Shown: in pieces, positions 22,801 through 31,800 of the stretch
Layout: every line of letters starts with the position of its first letter
Position numbering within the stretch: the first letter of the stretch is position 1
Assembly (NCBI GenBank): GCA_977030845.1
Contig: OZ365109.1
Location: 52,824,001 to 52,888,000, forward strand
Reading direction: 5' to 3'
DNA from: Fimbriosthenelais zetlandica
Lineage: Eukaryota
DNA length: 64,000 bases
Translations under genes and position numbers: made by a program
The notes under the pieces: generated by a model
The model's database searches: none
What the model saw: only the letters and a program-made list of their open reading frames with translations
Told to the model about the DNA's origin: nothing

Positions 22801-25800
22801 ACCACCCGATAATTACAGAAAATGTGCAAAAATGATGGACAATTTAGATGATTGGACATGATAGGTTAGGCTCAACAGGGAGCAGACCTCACTGGGGTGA
22901 ATCACCTTCAAAGTTCGAACCTTAAAGTATCTAACTAGAGTCTAAATTTCACACCACTCGGGGGTCCTGGAGTTCTAAAAATCTCCCAAGACGGCCCTTG
23001 ACAAGGCGTGGTGCCAGGGTCAGATAAAACACAAGGCGAGGGTCGAGGGCCAACCTTCCTAAATGGTGATAAACGATCCAATGGTTTTTGCTCGTAAATT
23101 GAAACCTCGAGCTATCAGCGGACCAGGGTTGACATTTGAACCTGAGCGGTATGGGGGAGATAAAGTAGGCTGGTTATTCCCTGCCTTTTAGGGTTTTTAT
23201 CGGGGTTTATAGCTGATAAGATCGATGAAGGTATTTTGATCGAGGTCCCAAATGGAGGTTGGAAGATATCAGGTTAAATACTAAAATTATTTGGACACAG
23301 GGTAATAGGTATTATAGGAGATATCATCTAAATGTCATGTCATGATTTATAATACCCGACAGGGAAAGTTAACCCTGGTGAATTATAAAAGGAGACGGGC
23401 CTTAAGGGCATTTTATTTTATTTGAGTCGGAGAAATCCATCCATGTTAAAACATGGGTTTCTTCAAAGATGAAATTTGTTAGCTCAAATTTCTTAGCTCA
23501 AATTTCTTGGCCCACACATCTCACAGGTTTGACCCTTTTTTTCAAATTTTCCAAAACCCTGACGCCCCTGCACATGGACCAAACCCAAAACGTAGTGGCT
23601 GACAAAACATATAACTTTTAAATGATGAGATAAGAAAAATAGTGCAGAAATTGGTTGACTACTTACGTTGACATTCATGTACATTTTCCTTGGTAGCTCT
23701 GCCCCATGGTCTGCCATTATAGAAGGGTTCACACTCGTCACAGTTGGTACCGCGGGTATGATGCTGACACCGACACACCAGCTTATCCTCTAATCCCTGA
23801 CCCGTGCTCATCACACACTCACTGGCGTGACCGTTACATTTACACCTGAAAAAATAAATTTTATATAATAAAGAAGCAGATCGATCATATATGATGGGGT
23901 TTTATGGTAGGCTTATATTTGTTAAAGTTGCAGTAGAAAACAGTTCGTGAAGAAAAGGCAATCAATCAATCAATTATAAATTCCATCGTTCAATCAAACA
24001 TATAGGCATTAACTGCCTACTGCATAAATTGGAGGTAAACCTCGCTAATAACACCACTTCACTGAAGAAAATGCAAAGTAGGGAATGTCAGAAAATGCCC
24101 TCATTAATGGGATGGTCGTGGTTCTAGGTTTTACCTGTATATCTATTGGAGTAAAAAGGATTGATTTCATGTGTGTATAATGAAATCATTTAGTACTTTA
24201 GCTGAGGTTTAATTGAATTTTTGAGGTTTCTTCACTTGTTCCTTGAACAAAGAGTAATCAAAAACCCATCATTTCCCAGTCTGGATCATCGCCCCCAGAA
24301 ATAACAAGTATAAGGGATTGTCTAAATAGCTATTGGAGAGAGATCAGCGGGGGTGATTGGGTGGATGTATTAGCGGGGTATAGGTGTGACAGATAGCGTG
24401 TGGTGTGTGGGGTTATTTTAGAGTCAGGTATCAGGTGTTTATAACATTAAGTCTAGTGTCATACAGAGAGGTGGGGCTCTGACCGGGCAGATCTAACCTA
24501 TAGTCTAATTTAACGGGTCTCTGATCCCAGGGCGAGGTGAAGCAGAAAAACAAACAATGACCACTGAGTATATCCCTCCCTCCTCCCCTCACTGAGTCAG
24601 TCTCCCACAAATACAGGTCTGGATCAGACCTATAAATATCATGCCACAGTGACCACCTGGCAAAAACCAGACTAGCTCCTCTAGTATACTTCTAATAGAT
24701 TACCCTTGCCAAACATAAATCTGTGAAAAACTTGGCTTTTATGCTTCCTAATGAAATATTTTGCGACGAATTTTCTCTAGTTTGAAGCTGTCTTATTATA
24801 TTAGTTAACTTTGAATATACAGCGTATGTTCTCTGGGCTGTTAATAAGATGAGGTCTCTCAAGGGGAAGGTATCTCATATTTTTTGATGAGGTAGATTCA
24901 ATCTTTACTTAACAAAATAGTACCTTCTGCTTCAAACAAACAGGAATTGAAGGGTCCTGACACCTTTTGGATATTTGCAGTAATTAAAAAAACATGAGAA
25001 ATGTACAAAACGAAGGGAAACATGGGTCTTCACAAGGTCTTATTTAGTTAGTATTTTTATCGAGTTACACACATATTAGTCAAAGTAAAGAGGCGGAGGC
25101 CTTTGTTCACTTTTCAGCAGGTGGGCCCGCCCCGGGCTAACTGCCCTCTGGTGATGATAATGACCAGACATACGTCACACAAATAAACTGTGTACACTAA
25201 AGCTGTGACCACATATGGCAATGCAAAAACTAAACTGCCCTTGGCAACCTTTAGGCTGCTACTATGGCAACCGCCAGAGAGGGGGACAGTTCATGGAGGA
25301 ATGCCTTTCATGGAAATCCTATTGCTTGAAAGAAATTAAAGCAAAATCCTAACGATTGAAATGTGATTAAACTGAACATTATCATTACAGAGAGGGTACA
25401 GTTTGATTGACAGTTTGAGTAATGCCGAAATTTCGGAGTAAACATATTGCTTGAAAGGAATTAAAGCTAAAATTGCAACGATTGAATAATTGAATTGAAT
25501 AATTGAATAATTGTATAATTTAAGCACTGGCCGCAAATATGTCGTGGGTATAAAGAAATTCATTCCACTGAATATAGGCCTAAATAGGTAAAGTTTAATT
25601 TGTTTTTATAAAGTGAGAAGGTTAAGGGACATAGCATTGATTTAGCAGGTCGGGTATTGTTAGTGGGAACTGCTTACCCCAAACACTGCTAGGAGGACGA
25701 GGCATTAAGTTACCAAACACAATACCTCCCCTCACCCCACAGGTTAGTCCTGTCAATAACAATGTAATTCATGCCAATTTTATGTTGAAATCCAACCAAA

Positions 25801-28800
25801 ACCACGCAATTTGCATGGCTTCCTTCTGATAAGATCCAAGACATAAGAGTTTCCTACAAGTTTGTTTCTCGCAATCTTGTAATAACAAGCAAAGTACTGA
25901 ATGGAGACACACCGCCAGTTTTTTCCAGCCTCAAACATGCTTTTGTATGAACCATGTCCATAAATATCAAATACTTTGTGATCAAATAACAGGAAAATAT
26001 TCTAGACATCCATTTCTGGAGTCATTTTCTGATTTTTTTTTCTCCCCACGCGATATATACATGACAAGGACAAGTAAATGGTTTTGGTGGAAAGATAGAT
26101 GGGGATAACTCAACTTCCGCTGTTGGGTTAAGAGTTTCTATGTCTAGACAACACAGTAGCTGCTATTTCAGATCTTTTTTCCTGACTAACACGAGCCCAC
26201 ATCGTACCAACATTAGTTTCATTATTTTCCCCCATAAATTCTCTAAAATGATATATTTTTGCTCAGCCTCCCCATCTTTCATTGCAAATAATTAACTCAA
26301 TGTCGATAATATAGACTTGCATAATATACAGTCCTATAAAAAAATAGTTTTAAAATTTCAAAATAGTGCAGAATAGAATTATATATTCATATGTTTGGAA
26401 TCGATATAACATGTAAATCCATTTAAAAGTTGAGGTTACACAAAAAATACCTTCAATTTTAGGGCCTAAATAGTCTGCCCTTAATGGTTCTCGCATGGAA
26501 GTGCTTTGATTATTTGTCAGTATAAAGCTATAGTTAGGAGATGCCTGTTACCATGACAATATGTAGCTCAACACATGTGTGCACTATATGTTGACACTAC
26601 TGGAAATAGTATGTGTACATATAATACTGCTTCCAGAAATAACTCGAGGATCATGCTACCTTTTTCTCCATCTAGATCCCTGCTTGCTTTTACCAACAGA
26701 TGTGCCGCTAAAATATATTATCATTTGATCTGGAGGAGAGCAATTCTACACGGACCTATGTATAAAGCATTATTATGCTTAAATAGTTTTACTTACTTGC
26801 CACCAACAGCAAAATCGGATATGGCGTAGAAGTATGATTTGAGGACAGAGGGATCACCGAAGACTTCATCTCCAAATGAATTGAGGCGGTTGAGGACAAT
26901 TTTAATCTCTGTAGCTGTTACCCATTCCTGAAAAAAAAGAAACAAACAAGATGTACTCATTCTTTTATTAACTATCCATTAGTTCATTGGTTGTGAGAAA
27001 ACAGCCCCAAGGAGTTGAAAACCTGAAGTTGAAAAGAATAATCACTTTCTGACATGGACTGGTTTTTTCTCCATCGCCGAACTTTAAAAGAACAAGTTTA
27101 AAGGAAGATCCATCCATTTAAGTGACAGGCCCGAGGGAAATACTGCTGCTACCCATTCAAGATGAAAATTCAATTTTTCTCGGGGTTTGTTGACCAGTCA
27201 AATACGTAAAGCACCTCGCATCTGTACATCTATACATCCATTGTAACCGCATCATGACCCACCTCTTTACCTCTCACATCTCCCGAGGTAGTCTCAGCCC
27301 GGGGTATGTCTATATTGTGTGTAACCACAAGTATTACAAACCCACAGAAAGTCAGAAGATCAAAAAACATAACTCCATCTGTGACAACCTGCCCGATCCA
27401 GACATCTCTCACCCCGACCATCCATTCAAAAACCACAATAACTAGCTCAGGTTCACAGCTTCAACCGTTTAGTCCCTCAAATTGATCATGACCTATGTTA
27501 TTGTGGTGAGGTAAATATCGGTGAATATATTTACATTTCTTCTTGCACTTCCCCCCTAGTCAGTGCCCTCAGCATCCTTCTCATGGCCCCATTCTGGGAC
27601 ACAAATCAAAAAATTATCTCAAAGCTTGCGGAATTCCCAAAATAACTCTTAAAATGCAAATACCGGTACTCCTGCATCAAGGGAATGGTTTCGCAATCAT
27701 TTCAAAAACATTTCAAAAGTAAAAATCGTACACGGACACAGCATAGAAAGATGAAAGAGTGAGTGTTACTTTTTACACACCAAAGCCACGCAGTTCCAGG
27801 TGTGTAACTGATAAAACAGGACAAAAACCTACTTTTCTTTATTTCCTTTTTTTTAACAAAAAGAAAGCAAGCCTTGTTTTTGCCTGTGTCAAACATGAGT
27901 TAACCTGGTGCTAATTTAGATGTGACAGGGGTAGATTTGTCAGACTGATATGAGGTGGGTGGGTCCGGACTTCTGCCTAAATGAATGCCGACAAAAATAC
28001 ACTTCTGTGTGTGCACGAGGGGAGGATGGGCGCACCGAGGTATGACACGCTTCAATAGATCCCATCAAATAGACATTAACATAGTTAAAGGAGGGTATGG
28101 GAAAATGGGTAGATGGGGTATGTAGCAAGAGAAATGCACGAGATGAAGGAATAATAATGTTTATATTTTTTAATCAGAAAAAAATCAGTTTATATTTTTT
28201 AATCAGAAAAAAATCATCTGAAAGTATTCATGTAAAGAAGTAGTGACAATTATTTAGAAAGGAAGTTGTGTCTATTCCTGACATATGTATTATTGCTAAA
28301 ATGTATAGCCTATTTAATAAACACATGACTAACCAGTAGGATGACATGGCAAAAGAAAAAAAATATCGGAGGTTAATTTAGAAGTGTAGACCGGATATCT
28401 TAAGAAATGTGATCACTTTTTTCCATAAAGCACCATCACCATTATTGCTCGCATTTTGAAAGCAGACTGACTTGTTTGACAAATACTTGACAAGTCAAAC
28501 AAAGGGGAAGTGAATGTAAATCCCCTCACTATGTATCCATTAACCACATCTAAAAGGGAAATGCTTTCTCTTGGGGATATCCATGTCCTTTTTACATCAA
28601 GTCCGTAACGTTAAACTATACAGGCCTGTGTAGGTCCGCGGACATTTAATCACATCAAAATGGAGCACTTTCTTCTCAAAATGCTAGAATATCCAATGTT
28701 TTGCCCCCTGGCTACGACCCCACTGCATTAAATCCGCGTCACACCCACTTGGGTCGCTTTGGATATAACCAGTGGTCCAAATCTAATGCAAAGCTTGCGG

Positions 28801-31800
28801 CCAGGTTTCGGCTTTAAACGCTATTGTGGTGAAAGTGGGTAATTCACTTAACTTGTGAAAACCTTCACACCAAAGTTTCCTTTGGGTTATCTTTGCAAGC
28901 TTGTGACGGCCGGTCAAAAGACGGCCGGTCAGGCTGTGTAAGCCTGAAGCATGCATAGCATGTGAGAATCATTACTCAGAGGCGACAAAAATCTAGGTGT
29001 AAAAAGTCAGGCAGATCCACAACCAACATCAGTTACTTCTCGATACATATGGTATTCATTAAACCCTTGTTACAAACAAAAACAGCTTTTTAAATGTTGA
29101 AATTGACTTTTCACGCCTCTGATACATGTATGGCAGTTCCTTTGAGAAAAGTAGAATACAACTTGATTAAAACCACAGATGGCTGGGGAATTGCCTTTAT
29201 ATGCTTTATGAGAATCCCACTTCAAAAACCACCATATTTCAAGTGAGGAGAATGAAGAATTTGGGAAAATGACAATGATTTATTTCATCAACACTAAGCC
29301 ATTCAGATTCGTGGATTAGGGATCATTCATAATGTCACCAGACTATCCAATCTCTCTTTCCTTCCCTAGAGAAGGAGATGTAGATTTGATCCAAGGTGAG
29401 TTTGTTTTATTCATTTCTTTAGAGGAGATTTGCCCTGAGTGCCTTCACACAATGACAGCGTGTGGTCTATGTCACCAGAGCAAGGTTACCTGCTGGCCTT
29501 CTTACATAAACTCTCAATGGATGAATGAAGCGAGAGTCAGAATACAGAGGCAGTGACATGCAGCCAGATACTCACTTAATATACCCAGATACAGCTACTC
29601 AACCCAGATAATCTGTACTATGACCTTATGAAGTATATTAAATATTGAAATTACTCACAGCTAGTTTTAAGATCTTTTTAAATACATTTCACCATAGGCA
29701 GACAGCCTATATATTTCTTGCTTAAGCCAGGACTCCACTGCTGTGACACTACAGCGACAAAGTTGATCAATGCTTGTGTCGCAATTGTGTATAAATTGTG
29801 GTACATATTTCATTGCAACAAAATCGCAATAGTGGAGTACTGGTTTTAATGATTTTCTAAAATTTTAAATATATTAAATATGTAATTAGAATATTGTATG
29901 TTTCAAAATATCGAGTAAGTTGCCGAAACCATCGAATACAAAGGTGTTCTTAAGCTCGTCTTGAAATAAAATAGTTAGTGCATCCCACAAAATTTGGCTA
30001 ATAAAATAAACATCCCACCCCTAGAAGCGACCTGATCAGGTTGATGCCAACATAGCCTGGATATAAATCCTCACAGCATTAAAAGTGGAACAGAAATACA
30101 CAGTTTATGGCCTGGAAGCTGTTGGATATAGTGGGTGTCCTCCTCTCGTGACTAAATATTTGCTGTTTATATGTCAGCATGTGTTGGAGAAACACATGGG
30201 TGCTAGTTGACACTCACACATGGCAATGATGACACGTGTATGTGTGTGTTCTCAGGGTAGGTTAGTGACATGATGAGGCTGAAAAAAGACCCACTGACAA
30301 CCCCAACACAGAAGACATCCATTAATTTGATACAAACAAGAATTGTCATATAGTGAGGGGGTCGATGGAGGCAGCATATGTTTAACGATAGGCCAACACT
30401 GCACTCACAACGTGCCTTGAATGAGAGAGTTATATATTGGCACAAAACTACTCTCCCATGCCCTCGTTTTACATTTGAGGTTTTTATTCACTATTTAGTG
30501 TTGAAAGGCATGCGTGGAATAGAGTCACAATCACAGAGTTTCCGTTCTCTTTTTGCCAGTCAAAGTCCTAGTTGGACTTGGAAGGGAAATGTAGAAATAT
30601 TTTTCTCAGATTTAGATGTCTATTAAATCATGTTTCAGCCCATGACAGAGGAATTATAGTTCTTGTTCCGCCCCCTCCCCCACCCCAAAAGAAAAATAAA
30701 TAAATAAAAGAACTTAATCTAAAGTCAGACAAATATGATTTGAATTTTGATTGGAGGCACTTTCATGTGACAGCATGGGGGAAATTGGAACAATTCGTTG
30801 GTGATGCAGGAGAAGGAACGGTCTAGGGTGGGTTGGGGGCTTTGACTGGTCGGGGGTTGAAAAGGAAGTAGAGGTGGGAGGCTGTGGACACCTCATGTAG
30901 GCCTTCCCTCACCCATACATCGGGTACAATCATAAATAACACTGTCGCCATCCAGTGACACCCCACAGTCAACTAAAGCCTTAAAATCACTCCTCATCGA
31001 AGATTCTGTTAGCCCTCACTGCCTCACTATTTCGAATGTCTCTCTCTGAGGTCAATATTTCATGTCTTAATGGTCTTTGATAATGCCCCATACTTCACTT
31101 TCTTCACCATTCCCTTGCTTGACACCTGTCATTTATACCACATCAAAAGGGTTAATAAAATATATAAATTTTGATTCTACCAATCTTGTCTACCAGTAGG
31201 TAGAAAACTATGACAATAAAAACCTTTTAAGTAACACATTTCTATTGTTATTACTTCCTGTGGTCATTGCTCCATTTTCTGATCGTTGAAGTTTTTCTGA
31301 CTGCTTCCGAACCACCAATAAAGTTAAGATTTCAACAGTATAGTTGATTCAACCAAGTTGATCATTAGACACAATTATCTCCATAGGGGCCCAAAGGGGA
31401 CTCTGTCAATAAAGTGTTAACCAATGAATGGACCTTTCCGTCCAGGTATAGCTTTTAATGTTGGCACCCAATTTACCTGTGGGGTTCTTACAGGATATTT
31501 CCATTTGCCACACCTGGAATCGGAGAGGACAAGCCAGGTGGGTCAAGGTGAGCCCAAGGTCAACCTGAAGGGGCGCCAGAAGTTCAATTACAAGGTCTGG
31601 GTGTAAAAGGCCACACATAGGGAGGACAGGGGATGTATTAATGATAGCCAAAGGTAGCAAGGTTAACTATAGGCTTCTTCCCCACAGCCCTATGGCTATT
31701 GACCTCATCTATCCATTCACACCAATCACAAGTGACTGTATGGGTGGATCTAGGATGTTTTTTTTTGTTTTGGAGGGGGGGGGGGGTGGCTTAAATTGTG

